NCBI GenBank assembly: GCA_965644295.1
Contig: CBFFRP010000295.1
Location: 143,858-207,857, forward strand
Direction of reading: 5' to 3'
Length of the DNA stretch: 64,000 nt
DNA from: Paraphysomonas bandaiensis
Taxonomy: Eukaryota > Protista > Chrysophyceae
A program made the position numbers and the translations under genes. Below, piece by piece: positions 1 to 14,565 of the stretch (position 1 is its first letter; every line of letters begins with the position of its first letter). The notes under the pieces are model-generated. The model was given only the letters and a program-made list of their open reading frames with translations, was not told where the DNA came from and searched no databases.

Positions 1-747
1 TTGTCTAACTCAAGTAGCTACTCATTACAAGCACGAATAGCATCTTTAACTGTACTTGTATTCTCCACAAAAGTCTATATATTATCTACATATCGGGGCT
101 TCCAATCGATGAGGGTGCCATGGATTTGCGCAGATCACTCATGTTGATTTTTGCTCTACTGCAAAGCATTTCTACACAATTATTAGTGGAATAAATATGC
201 TTGAAGCAGTGACACTTAGTTGGTGTCGTCCGTAATCGCTTTTGTTCTTGGCGCGCTGGGTGTCTTCTCATCAGATCAGTGAGTTGACACCATCATCTTC
301 TTTTCCTCTTCTTCATCAGGAGGTTATTAATTCGTTGATCACTTAAACCTAGAAGGGTACTACACTATATGGATCGAACTGAACTTAGTATTGTATCTCA
401 AGGTCAAGAGGAAAGAAACGCAATCGACCGTTCAAAGAAACAGTACCTTTTTAAAAAATGTAAAGATTTATAATATGAGAGGCCACAACCTACTTCCCAC
501 CATAATTATAATAGCCATTATAATAGTCATTAAAGGTGATGACCATTACGGGTAATAAATGGCCATCGCCCTTATTTCCAAGTTCTAATTCTAATATTAT
601 GTTCACGATCACACCGACTTTAAATGGTAAATAATTACCAATTGATTGCAATTCAATTTCAACCTTCCAGCGAACTATTAAATTTCAATTATTACATAAT
701 ATATTCCATCATCCAATTTAATTGCAATTAATTGTTACGCAGCTCTT
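1..747 (-). mobile_element. Diverged copy of the hAT-type MITE found at 49302-50091 (reverse orientation, left part outside window)
   Basis: 721-747 ATTGCAATTAATTGTTACGCAGCTCT resembles the MITE terminal repeat. 1-45 and 361-450 match the reverse complement of about 49910-49954 and 49570-49670. Confidence 0.75.
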
Positions 748-875
748 CAGCAGAGGCAGCCCAATACCCCAGATTTTATTCGTCAAGGCCCAAAGACGTC
801 TACTACACAAGCGACCCCCTTCTACCACACAAGCATTTGGCTATGAGTGGGTAAAACAATATCTGCTACCTATGA
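748..875 (-). repeat. Internal fragment of the ~490-bp SINE-like family
   Basis: Contains GGCAGCCCAATACCCC, TTATTCGTCAAGGCCCAAAGACGTCTAC and CCACACAAGCATTTGGCTATGAGTGGG, shared with 1187-1669, 14748-15670 and 43923-44446. Confidence 0.7.
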
Positions 876-1186
876 GTGATTATTAGAATAATACAAAGTG
901 AATAATAATGCAGAACATAAATATCACACACAATGGAATAGTTAGAAGTATAACTGACAATGATGATCATTATGTTGACGATCAAGTATCTTCAACAGAC
1001 ACAATAATCACTAATTCAGTTCAATGATATATTTCATTGAATATTATATTTCACGTGTACATAATATATATATATATATGTACATAATATACTATCTATC
1101 TTATGTTAAGATGAATTTTAATACTTGTAATCCACACCCTATAAATTGATAAACATTTTTCATCGTCACTGCTCTCAATATTACCA

Positions 1187-1669
1187 TATATTGAAAGTCT
1201 TATTATTAGCAATAGGCGTTAAACACCTGCACCGATTAAGTCGCTAGATGAATGGTAGTCAACCTAGTTAGACCTCTACCTGTAACTAATCAGTACAAAC
1301 TCTATTATCCTACTATTTAACGCTACGTAAGCTGCTTTAACGCCAAGGTGCAACCACTTCCGTTCTGAGTCCTTAAGGTGAATATCCCGGATGCTTGACT
1401 TCAGCAGGCAGCCCAGTACCCCGGTTACCCTGCAGGTGGGCCCTGTCCCGGATGCCCTTGTGGTGGTCCATTTCCGATTTCCGGATGCCTGTTTATTCGT
1501 CAAGACTTATTGGTGTCCCTTGTACCACACAAGCATTTGGATATGAGTGGGCAGAAGAAAAATATCTGCTGACTATGCTTGCGGCTCACGTTAGTTTCCC
1601 AGAGATAACCTCTCCGGTACTTATCCCCCAGAACACCACGAAAAGGTGCGAGTCCGACTTCGTTGAGGG
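1187..1669 (-). mobile_element. Full-length SINE-like dispersed repeat with 11-bp target-site duplication
   Basis: Runs from TATATTGAAAGTCTTATTATTAGCAATAGGCG to GAGTCCGACTTCGTTGAGGG and is flanked by CAATATTACCA at 1176-1186 and 1670-1680. Strand is inferred from the TA-rich end. Confidence 0.75.
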
Positions 1670-2181
1670 CAATATTACCAATCCTTAATGCTCACGATCC
1701 TATACAGTCAATATATTTCAGCTTCACTAATATATTTCCTATTATTTTACTAATCACATAATGCTGTATATATCAAGTAGCGGTCATAATTCAAGTACCA
1801 TAAAATACAACCTATAGTAGCGTATCAATAAGCAAGATTCAACAGTAGCTACATTACGATGAGCTCAACCCAGCACACTATGGAATGAAGAGCACAAACA
1901 TAACTTTCATACCATTTAATGTACCTACCTATTCTCATTTAGTATGGTGTTATCGAGGAAAACATGAATTATAACCAATATTGTACAAAAGTACGATATA
2001 CGTGTACATACAAAGTCAGTCATGAGAAACTAACAAGTGGGATTAGAATAACGCCTACCACACGCCCGTAACCAATGCAAACACACCTCAATCTACATCA
2101 TATCTTAACGACTTCAAACGTGCAAAATAGATTACGCGCTCCAGTAATGCTGAGATAAGGTCACTGAGAAAGGTCCCACTG

Positions 2182-4784
2182 TTACCGTCTTGGAAGTTTT
2201 GGAAGTGAGGACTTCTTCGTACTGTACTTCTTTTTCTCTCTTCGTTCCGTGCAGCTCCTTCTGTCGTGCGTCTGTCGAATTACTCCAGGACGTTCTTTCT
2301 CAGGTAAAGATCGTTGACTCATGCGACCAGACACAATGTGACTTGTTAAGTTATTCTGACTGGCAGACTGCTGCTCAGATCGATAAAGAGCCCTATAATA
2401 TTAAAAAAGTAACAATATATATGCATCATATTTAACATAGTCTGAGTACAGTGCACACATCAATACGCCGCTCTAATACCTCCACTCCAGTTCTCTGGCC
2501 ATCGATGCCTTCAACTGCATACCAATATCTCTATTCTCCACAGTCAAGAGGTTGATCTATATAGACGCGGAGTTCACAACAAATTTAAAGCCACACATAT
2601 ATTCAAGACAACTTTGGCACGAGTACACTTTGCGCACTACATCTACATTTCCAATTGTATATGCAGCACGGTCACCACAAAATATGAATTCTACACTGTA
2701 TACGGTACTGCACCATATAAATACTACACAGTAATACTTAACCTATACCACAGACATTACTAGCTATCGTCTAAAAATAGCACCACAATTATAAGATTCT
2801 TATACACTGGACTTGACCACATTCTACATAATGCTTTCATGTTTGTTCACGTAGCTACTTACCTTTTGCAGAAGCTTAGTTTCATTGTCCCTCAGCTCCT
2901 GTACCCCTTCTACCAGAGCTGTATACTGTTCCAGCTCTTCGGTTAACTTCTGAACAGATTTCTGAGCCTTTGCTTTGGCCTTGTTGGCCTTGACCGTACG
3001 TGACCGTTCTTCCTGTACACGAATATATGATATTGATAACATAAAACGCTACACTATCAATCTATTTTCATCGTATTTCAACATCACCCTCTAGTCCACA
3101 ATATATGTACAGCTTGTATACTTCAACTTTGCGTTATATAAACACCATATATACGTAAAAAGAAATAAGCTTTTACCATTAAATCACTCTCCAAACTTTT
3201 TATCTGCTGCTGAAGCGCTATCATCTGCAGAATATATCAATATCATACTGTCGATATCAATAGTTAATACATTTTCTTGCATCAACGCATTTCTTTCGTT
3301 GGCTCGATTTAACTCATCTGTTCGCTTTTTTAACTCTTTCTGCAATTTATGACACATCAGTGCACTTCCCATACGGAAATATGGTCCATACCTTGACGAT
3401 TCCTAGTTTAGTGTCAATCGATGGACTACCTATATCGTGCCTACTGGGGGACCTCGTGCTAATAATCTAATATTGAATTAGACTTGACATATTCACAGCG
3501 CAGAAGCAGTATACAATGATATAGCTCACGATGCACTTGTGAATGTGGGTACATATTGGCGGTATGACGTAGTGAGTTGCATTTCAGAAACTCCACAGGT
3601 AGAGATAGTTTTGTAATGTACGTTTACTACGATCAGACTTACATGAGTATGGTATGGACTGGACGCATCTCTCTGAATCGGGCTTGGTTTTGTAGGAGAT
3701 TGCTTCGCCAAGCCAAGTATTTGTGTTTGCACATCGTTAACCTGTATTAATAATGTACCTTACTCAGCCACATGTGCATCACAGATGATCGGATTACCTT
3801 TGACAATATGTTTTCCAACGTCTGCTTCGCCTCTGTGAAAAAGATTAACATATGCATATATAGCATTAAAGTCACCTGGAGAATCTTGTAGCAAATTTTG
3901 CACATTAGCTGCTCCAGATGGCGTTGGCCGGGGACTTATGTGTGAATCAACTTCTATTTCTAGCCTGAAAGGTGAGTCTGTGCCATTAATATGCCGCTGA
4001 CCAGGTCCGGGCGAACAGCCATCCAACCCCTTCATCGAACACAAACGATTAACTGCCTTCAGTTGCAGTTGAACTTGCACACAGAATTACCAAGCAAGTA
4101 TAATTTTACTAAGTAAACATTTCTACTCTACACGTATATACCACACTTCACCTGAGGATCAACAGCTTCTGGAGACATATTTCCATCCACAGTTTCCCCA
4201 TTGACGAGTTCATCATCGAAATCGCCCACTGGTTTCTTTTTCATGAATTCAGCCATATATGACTCTAACGTCATTCCATCTAGATCTGTGTCCTCTTCAC
4301 CTTTCTTTCCCTACAGAAACGTATTAGAGATATTCACATCCATGGCAAATGACAAGAATCATAGCGTACTAAAATACAAATTTGTGACAAAAATAACTAC
4401 TATAAAGCATACATTTTCTTCTTCAATAGCATCGTCATCCTGCATGGGTTTCACTATTGGACTTTGTCTAAGAGAGTTATTGAGGCTCGTAATACTAGCG
4501 GCTTTGTTTTCACTCGTTTTACTGTCCACTGAGCCTTCAAATTCTTCAAAATCATCCTCATTAAAGTAGTCATCTTCACTTCCTTCTGCAGTGGGGTCTA
4601 GAGTTATCTGAGGGGTGGGTTTATAGTATTTGGTATCTTCTGCAAGCAGTGCATCATCTAACTCATCACTCTCATCGATCGAGCAGTTCGCTGATACGGG
4701 TGCTGAACTGAAATTATTTCTTATTCTTGCTTCATTAGAAGCCATTTTTTTGGGTGTATGTCCTGCTTCTGCACGATATGCCAT
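2182..4784 (-). CDS. Multi-exon hypothetical protein with acidic N-terminus and C-terminal coiled coil
   Basis: First exon MAYRAEAGH...IEEEN (ORF 4359-4784). Coiled-coil exons ELKKRTDELNRANERNALMQEN and EERSRTVKANKAKAKAQKSVQKLTEELEQY are bounded by GT/AG. Last exon ALYRSEQQ...LPKLPRR* ends at TAA 2184-2182. Confidence 0.7.
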
Positions 4785-5061
4785 ACTGCCCTCCCTCTCT
4801 CTATCTCTATATATATGTATATATATATATGTGTGTGTGATAGTCCTGTACAGGCTCTCAATATAATATATATATTATAGATATGATACTATAGAGAGGA
4901 ACAGGAAATAAAGTCAACACGGAGGTTGATACGATTGTACAAATAGTTTAAAGGAGATGCGGAGAGTCTTTCTGTGGGAAGTTTTGCATGAGAGTGTTCG
5001 AACTGTGCTTGCTGTTACTCTGCCGTATTGGACATATACGCACCTCCACCCTACACCAGAG

Positions 5062-6023
5062 TACGTACGTATATACGTATATATGTACATGTATGTATGT
5101 ATGTATGTATGTATGTATGTATGTATGTATGTATGTATGTATGTATGTATGTATGTATGTATGTATGTATGTATGTATGTATGTATGTATGTATGTATGT
5201 ATGTATGTATGTATGTATGTATGTATGTATGTTTGTATGTATGTATGTATGTATGTATGTATGTATGTATGTATGTATGTATGTATGTATGTATGTATGT
5301 ATGTATGTATGTATGTACGTACGTATATACGTATATATGTACATGTATGTATGTATGTATGTATGTATGTATGTATGTATGTATGTATGTATGTATGTAT
5401 GTATGTATGTATGTATGTATGTATGTATGTATGTATGTATGTATGTATGTATGTATGTATGTATGTATGTATGTATGTATGTATGTATGTATGTATGTAT
5501 GTATGTATGTATGTATGTATGTATGTATGTATGTATGTATGTATGTATGTATGTATGTATGTATGTATGTATGTATGTATGTATGTATGTATGTATGTAT
5601 GTATGTATGTATGTATGTATGTATGTATGTATGTATGTATGTATGTATGTATGTATGTATGTATGTATGTATGTATGTATGTATGTATGTATGTATGTAT
5701 GTATGTATGTATGTATGTATGTATGTATGTATGTATGTATGTATGTATGTATGTATGTATGTATGTATGTATGTATGTATGTATGTATGTATGTATGTAT
5801 GTATGTATGTATGTATGTATGTATGTATGTATGTATGTATGTATGTATGTATGTATGTATGTATGTATGTATGTATGTATGTATGTATGTATGTATGTGT
5901 ATGTATGTATGTATGTATGTATGTATGTATGTATGTATGTATGTATGTATGTATGTATGTATGTATGTATGTATGTATGTATGTATGTATGTATGTATGT
6001 ATGTATGTATGTATGTATATACG

Positions 6024-6057
<34 letters not shown>

Positions 6058-9000
6058 TGTATGTATGTATGTATGTATGTATGTATGTATGTATGTATGT
6101 ATGTATGTATGTATGTATGTATGTATGTATGTATGTATGTATGTATGTATGTATGTATGTATGTATGTATGTATGTATGTATGTATGTATGTATGTATGT
6201 ATGTATGTATGTATGTATGTATGTATGTATGTATGTATGTATGTATGTATGTATGTATGTATGTATGTATGTATGTATGTATGTATGTATGTATGTATGT
6301 ATGTGTATGTATGTATGTATGTATGTATGTATGTATGTACGTATATACGTATATATGTACATGTATGTATGTATGTATGTATGTATGTATGTATGTATGT
6401 ATGTATGTATGTATGTATGTATGTATGTATGTATGTATGTATGTATGTATGTATGTATGTATGTATGTATGTATGTATGTATGTATGTATGTATGTATGT
6501 ATGTATGTATGTATGTATGTATGTATGTATGTATGTATGTATGTATGTATGTATGTATGTATGTATGTATGTATGTATGTATGTATGTATGTATGTATGT
6601 ATGTATGTATGTATGTATGTATGTATGTATGTATGTATGTATGTATGTATGTATGTATGTATGTATGTATGTATGTATGTATGTATGTATGTATGTATGT
6701 ATGTATGTATGTATGTATGTATGTATGTATGTATGTATGTATGTATGTATGTATGTATGTATGTATGTATGTATGTATGTATGTATGTATGTATGTATGT
6801 ATGTATGTATGTATGTATGTATGTATGTATGTATGTATGTATGTATGTATGTATGTATGTATGTATGTATGTATGTATGTATGTATGTATGTATGTATGT
6901 ATGTATGTATGTATGTATGTATGTATGTATGTATGTATGTATGTATGTATGTATGTATGTATGTATGTATGTATGTATGTATGTATGTATGTATGTATGT
7001 ATGTATGTATGTATGTATGTATGTATGTATGTATGTATGTATGTATGTATGTATGTATGTATGTATGTATGTATGTATGTATGTATGTATGTATGTATGT
7101 ATGTATGTATGTATGTATGTATGTATGTATGTATGTATGTATGTATGTATGTATGTATGTATGTATGTATGTATGTGTATGTATGTATGTATGTATGTAT
7201 GTATGTATGTATGTATGTATGTATGTATGTATGTATGTATGTATGTATGTATGTATGTATGTATGTATGTATGTATGTATGTATGTATGTATGTATGTAT
7301 GTATGTATGTATGTATGTATGTATGTATGTATGTATGTATGTATGTATGTATGTATGTATGTATGTATGTATGTATGTATGTATGTATGTATGTATGTAT
7401 GTATGTATGTATGTATGTATGTATGTATGTATGTATGTATGTATGTATGTATGTATGTATGTATGTATGTATGTATGTATGTATGTATGTATGTATGTAT
7501 GTATGTATGTATGTATGTATGTATGTATGTATGTATGTATGTATGTATGTATGTATGTATGTATGTATGTATGTATGTATGTATGTATGTATGTATGTAT
7601 GTATGTATGTATGTATGTATGTATGTATGTATGTATGTATGTATGTATGTATGTATGTATGTATGTATGTATGTATGTATGTATGTATGTATGTATGTAT
7701 GTATGTATGTATGTATGTATGTATGTATGTATGTATGTATGTATGTATGTATGTATGTATGTATGTATGTATGTATGTATGTATGTATGTATGTATGTAT
7801 GTATGTATGTATGTATGTATGTATGTATGTATGTATGTATGTATGTATGTATGTATGTATGTATGTATGTATGTATGTATGTATGTATGTATGTATGTAT
7901 GTATGTATGTATGTATGTATGTATGTATGTATGTATGTATGTATGTATGTATGTATGTATGTATGTATGTATGTATGTATGTATGTATGTATGTATGTAT
8001 GTATGTATGTATGTATGTATGTATGTATGTATGTATGTATGTATGTATGTATGTATGTATGTATGTATGTATGTATGTATGTATGTATGTATGTATGTAT
8101 GTATGTATGTATGTATGTATGTATGTATGTATGTATGTATGTATGTATGTATGTATGTATGTATGTATGTATGTATGTATGTATGTATGTATGTATGTAT
8201 GTATGTATGTATGTATGTATGTATGTATGTATGTATGTATGTATGTATGTATGTATGTATGTATGTATGTATGTATGTATGTATGTATGTATGTATGTAT
8301 GTATGTATGTATGTATGTATGTATGTATGTATGTATGTATGTATGTATGTATGTATGTATGTATGTATGTATGTATGTATGTATGTATGTATGTATGTAT
8401 GTATGTATGTATGTATGTATGTATGTATGTATGTATGTATGTATGTATGTATGTATGTATGTATGTATGTATGTATGTATGTATGTATGTATGTATGTAT
8501 GTATGTATGTATGTATGTATGTATGTATGTATGTATGTATGTATGTATGTATGTATGTATGTATGTATGTATGTATGTATGTATGTATGTATGTATGTAT
8601 GTATGTATGTATGTATGTATGTATGTATGTATGTATGTATGTATGTATGTATGTATGTATGTATGTATGTATGTATGTATGTATGTATGTATGTATGTAT
8701 GTATGTATGTATGTATGTATGTATGTATGTATGTATGTATGTATGTATGTATGTATGTATGTATGTATGTATGTATGTATGTATGTATGTATGTATGTAT
8801 GTATGTATGTATGTATGTATGTATGTATGTATGTATGTATGTATGTATGTATGTATGTATGTATGTATGTATGTATGTATATACGTATGTATGTATGTAT
8901 GTATGTATGTATGTTTGTATGTATGTATGTATGTATGTATGTATGTATGTATGTATGTATGTATGTATGTATGTATGTATGTATGTATGTATGTATGTAT

Positions 9001-11154
9001 GTATGTATGTATGTATGTATGTATGTATGTATGTATGTATGTATGTATGTATGTATGTATGTATGTATGTATGTATGTATGTATGTATGTATGTATGTAT
9101 GTATGTATGTATGTACGTACGTATATACGTATATATGTACATGTATGTATGTATGTATGTATGTATGTATGTATGTATGTATGTATGTATGTATGTATGT
9201 ATGTATGTATGTATGTATGTATGTATGTATGTATGTATGTATGTATGTATGTATGTATGTATGTATGTATGTATGTATGTATGTATGTATGTATGTATGT
9301 ATGTATGTATGTATGTATGTATGTATGTATGTATGTATGTATGTATGTATGTATGTATGTATGTATGTATGTATGTATGTATGTATGTATGTATGTATGT
9401 ATGTATGTATGTATGTATGTATGTATGTATGTATGTATGTATGTATGTATGTATGTATGTATGTATGTATGTATGTATGTATGTATGTATGTATGTATGT
9501 ATGTATGTATGTATGTATGTATGTATGTATGTATGTATGTATGTATGTATGTATGTATGTATGTATGTATGTATGTATGTATGTATGTATGTATGTATGT
9601 ATGTATGTATGTATGTGTATGTATGTATGTATGTATGTATGTATGTATGTATGTATGTTTGTATGTATGTATGTATGTATGTATGTATGTATGTATGTAT
9701 GTATGTATGTATGTATGTATGTTTGTATGTATGTATGTATGTATGTATGTATGTATGTATGTATGTATGTATGTATGTATGTATGTATGTACGTACGTAT
9801 ATACGTATATATGTATGTATGTATGTATGTATGTTTGTATGTATGTATGTATGTATGTATGTATGTATGTATGTATGTATGTATGTATGTATGTATGTAT
9901 GTATGTATGTATGTACGTACGTATATACGTATATATGTACATGTATGTATGTATGTATGTATGTATGTATGTATGTATGTATGTATGTATGTATGTATGT
10001 ATGTATGTATGTATGTATGTATGTATGTATGTATGTATGTATGTATGTATGTATGTATGTTTGTATGTATGTATGTATGTATGTATGTATGTATGTATGT
10101 ATGTATGTATGTATGTATGTATGTATGTATGTATGTATGTATGTATGTATGTATGTATGTATGTATGTATGTATGTATGTATGTATGTATGTATGTATGT
10201 ATGTATGTATATACGTATATATGTACATGTATGTATGTATGTATATACGTATATATGTACATGTATGTATGTATGTATGTATGTATGTATGTATGTATGT
10301 ATGTATGTATGTATGTATGTATGTATGTATGTATATACGTATATATGTACATGTATGTATGTATGTATGTATGTATGTATGTATGTATGTATGTATGTAT
10401 GTATGTATGTATGTATGTATGTACGTACGTATGTATGTATGTATGTACGTATGTATGTATGTATGTATGTATGTATGTATGTATGTATGTATGTATGTAT
10501 GTATGTATGTATGTATGTATGTATGATGTATGTATGTATGTATGTATGTATGTATGTATGTATGTATGTATGTATGTATGTATGTATGTATGTATGTATG
10601 TATGTATGTATGTATGTATGTATGTATGTATGTATGTATGTATGTATGTATGTATGTATGTATGTATGTATGTATGTATGTATGTATGTATGTATGTATG
10701 TATGTGTATGTATGTATGTATGTATGTATGTATGTATGTATGTATGTATGTATGTATGTATGTATGTATGTATGTATGTATGTATGTATGTATGTATGTA
10801 TGTATGTATGTATGTATGTATGTATGTATGTATGTGTATGTATGTATGTATGTATGTATGTATGTATGTATGTATGTATGTATGTATGTATGTATGTATG
10901 TATGTATGTATGTATGTATGTATGTATGTATGTATGTATGTATGTATGTATGTATGTATGTATGTATGTATATACGTATATATGTACATGTATGTATGTA
11001 TGTATATACGTATATATGTACATGTATGTATGTATGTATGTATGTATGTATGTATGTATGTATGTATGTATGTATGTATGTATGTATGTATGTATGTATG
11101 TATGTATGTATGTATGTATGTATGTATGTATGTATGTATGTATGTATGTATGTA
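5062..11154. repeat. (TATG)n tetranucleotide satellite, about 6.1 kb, with recurrent variant cassettes
   Basis: Directly visible. It has no stop codon in most frames, which explains the 1800-2000 aa YVCM/IHTY ORFs. Confidence 0.99.
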
Positions 11155-11354
11155 CCTGGAGATTGGTATATTTAAACTAGCTCTCATCCTCTAGTATATC
11201 ACAATCCATCCATCTAAGTACTCTCCCCACTATCACTCTATTACGAATACATCCTCTGTGCATATATATCCCTATAGCCGTACTCTGGCTATCTGTCATA
11301 TGCTCAACTCATCTCTTCTAATTCACTTATCGTTATAGTGGTGTCACACATCTC

Positions 11355-14314
11355 ATGCATTCAGGTAGATTCTCTCCTATTAATAGCCCATCTCGCAGTA
11401 GGAGAGATGTGTCAGACTATGAGGATGATCTCCAATACAGTGATGATGATACATATGATGACTGTGAGAGTCGCCCATCTCAACCCCCCCCTTCATATAG
11501 AGACGAAGAATCTATTCGTTCGCGCTCATCACATACAAGTGAAGCATATTCTAATTTAATGAATTTTCTCGATGCAGCATCCACTTCGCATCATTCACCG
11601 ACAAAGCCGATCCACTCAAGACATAATAATAATGATGACGACGACATGTCATCTATCAGTCATTCCATGTCATCACCATTTCGATCCAATACTGCAAATC
11701 ATTCAGAATCTATTACGGGCAAGCGATTTGTATGGGATGAATTAGACGTTAACCCGAGTGCGGGTACGTCAGTTATTACGCACAGCGATGATGTCACGTT
11801 CTTCAAACCTCCATCTTACCACTCAAATCGTTCCGATGCATCAGTATCAACTTTGAAAACTAATATTGAGGAAGTAAAGCAAAAAGTAGATAGTATGAAA
11901 TCTGAACTCAAAGTGAAAAGTAAATTAGTGAAGGAGTTGCAGTCGGAACTTACAAGACTGAAAGCTGCCAAAAGTATGTAAATACCTTGTGCAGTATTGT
12001 ATCACATTTAATTTGTCTAGGTCGAAAAAAGGATAGAGCTACTAACCTTTGGGACAAAAAGCTACAGACGCTTCGGGAAGAAAATGCAAATGCCTTCAAG
12101 CGACAGAACGATTTTCTAAGCAAGGTTCTATTTCAGCATGTACCTCGATTTCTGTAAGTTGCAATTAGGTTACGGAGGATGTGAAGAAGTTGATTTCGAA
12201 GTGTGAAGTGCTGGAAGCCCGAATTGGCGAAAGTCAAAGGCTCTATGAATCTAAAGTGAAATCCGCTGAAGACGAGGCTAGTCGAAGTAAAAGGCGCGCG
12301 AGAAGGCAGCTCGAAGCAGATGAAAGACAGGTGCAAGAATATTTCCTTTATGAATACATCTATGAATATATATATACATGTTGTGACAGTATTATCTCAG
12401 GTTTTCGAAAAACTTGCTGCTAGCAAGTCACAATCCATGCAAAAAACCGCAGCTGATATGATTGGCCCACAGCTGGAAGCGTTGGTAACTTCTAACCGCG
12501 ATAAAATCACTAAACTCAAAGAGGATGGTGAAAAACGATTGATTCAGAAAACAAAAGAGCTTAGATCGGATCTGCAAGCAAAGCATGATGTCGCACTGAA
12601 GGGATTACGGGAAAGATTGGACATTGAAGATGATAGTGGCGAGAACATGAGACAGAGAAAAGTCCGGGAAGTATCAAAAAGGTATTTCATATATTGAATA
12701 TAGTGTGGAGCACTGTGTTGAACTTTATAAGTTGCTTTTTTGGAGAGGCTTTATGAAGCTATGATTGATCTGTATGACGATTTATGTGAACCCGCATCGA
12801 CTATGTAATTTGTACTGCATCCAAAGTAATGTAATTTCTACCAGACATTCAGATGAAATCGCTTCACTGCAGCAGCGATTCCAGCAAGAGAAAGCCATTG
12901 TTGACCAAAATGCAGATCGTAGACGTAGAATTAATGCTGACAGTATACTGGAACAGACAGGATTGTTCAGACAGACTGAAAAGGAAGCTATCGCCGATTT
13001 GACTTCGAAACAGCAGCGTGAATTGAATAGTCTCATTTCATCTCATATGAGGGATATGGAACGGTTAAGGGACGAGTTAGAAAGGGAATTTGAACAATGG
13101 AAAGAAAATGTGAAGCAACAGGTATTGTAAAAACCAGAGTTAGGATATGTACATATGTTGGTTATGACATAGAGAGAGTCTGCTGTGTTGTGACACTGCT
13201 GTCATATAATGCGGGAGTGTCCTGCTAATATCATGTTTATACTAACGACCTACTTTCTATCACCAGGAGGAATTCAAGGCTAATACTCATGAAAAAGAAG
13301 TTCAGACACAACTGAAGCGCGAAGCTGTTTTAGAGCTCGAGAACATTCGCACCAAGTTAAGAGAAGAGTCCGCTAAGGAGAGAGAAAAAATTAAGAAGCA
13401 AATTGATGACGAGGTGGAGGCAGCAAGGTTAAAGATCAATGAAGGCTTGGTGTCCATGCAAGAATCAAGTGCCAAGTAAGTGTATGTGCTGTGCTGCGTA
13501 TGCAAACGAGCAGTATTCATGTTGTGATGTTCACGCGTAGAGTTGTACTTATACAGCCTAATGTATATAGTTGTTGTGTAGCACAATTTATTTATTAACT
13601 AACTTACGCTGTACCAGTTCTGCCGAAATGATCGCAGATCTCGAACAAGAAGTTGGTCATTTGAAACGGCGTCTAGCATCTCAGAGGTCAACCAACTCGT
13701 ATCTGCAAGAGGAAATATCGAATGAGTCTACAACGCTCAAATTAGCTACTGTAGATGGTATTGGGTCATGTATATCTAGCACTCTACCGGAAGACGCTGA
13801 CGTCGGGGTTCCTACTGATGACGATAGTTTGTCTAGCTATAACACTACAGGACTCTTGTTGGCTGAGGAGCAACGAGATTTTGATGCTAGATTGAGACAA
13901 AAGGAAGATGAAGTGAGGTGGGAAAGAGAGAAGATGAGAAGCGAAGTGGAAAGCGAGAAGTCCCACAGAGATGAAATGAACCAGCAACAGCAGATGGAAA
14001 TTACAAATAAGAAACAAGAAATGGCGGTTAGTATTTGCTTATATTGTAGCACGTGTAAATATGGATTGCACTTTGTATTTCATACGTGAGTCGTGTGGTT
14101 AAATAGATATGCTCATACGCGGCGTAATCATTATATGTGATAGGATGAGATTCGTCGAATTGAAGACAAAATATCAACTCTGCTTAGGGCTCGGGATGCC
14201 GCTATTGGAGATATGAGGAAGGTGTTATCGGACTTGAGACATAATAATGTGACTCTTGAAGAAGCTCTAGACGAATATCGCACTAAAAAAATTGCCTCTG
14301 TGGAAGCTAAGTAG
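11355..14314 (+). CDS. CEP131: CEP131/AZI1-like centriolar coiled-coil protein (multi-exon)
   Basis: Segments KRQNDFLSKVTEDVKKLISKCEVLEA, KSQSMQKTAADMIGPQLEALVTSNRDKITKLK and DEIRRIEDKISTLLRARDAAIGDMR parallel conserved CEP131 blocks recalled from memory (IEDKKVLSEKCE; VRGLEPEIQKLI; VKTALARKEEAVSSLR). GT-AG introns; stop TAG at 14312-14314. Confidence 0.65.
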
Positions 14315-14565
14315 GGCAGAAGTTGAGCGAAACGCTCTCACTGTTGTATTCATTTATAGAGTTGTAGTGTTTGGACCGATCAATACGCATAGTAATTAGA
14401 TTATAATATTATGACACTATTTGTTACGGAGATTTGAAGTAGTATTTTTTATATCGTCAAATTCTGAAGACATTACACTGGGATTTAGAAGTGACAATCC
14501 TTCGATAGCAACAATTACGTCTTCGATAACTACAGAACATGTTAGAAATATTGTCGTGAATGTCT

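Noticed and set aside
5062-11154. CRISPR-like or telomeric array
   Set aside because: The cassettes are separated by pure TATG rather than unique spacers, there are no cas genes, and the array is internal, flanked by genes on both sides and not G-rich.
4914-11194. Six giant ORFs (1800-2080 aa) of YVCM / IHTY repeats
   Set aside because: Artefacts of the stop-free (TATG)n repeat being open in all frames; no coding signal. The same applies to the ORFs at 29815-30260 and 32355-32714.
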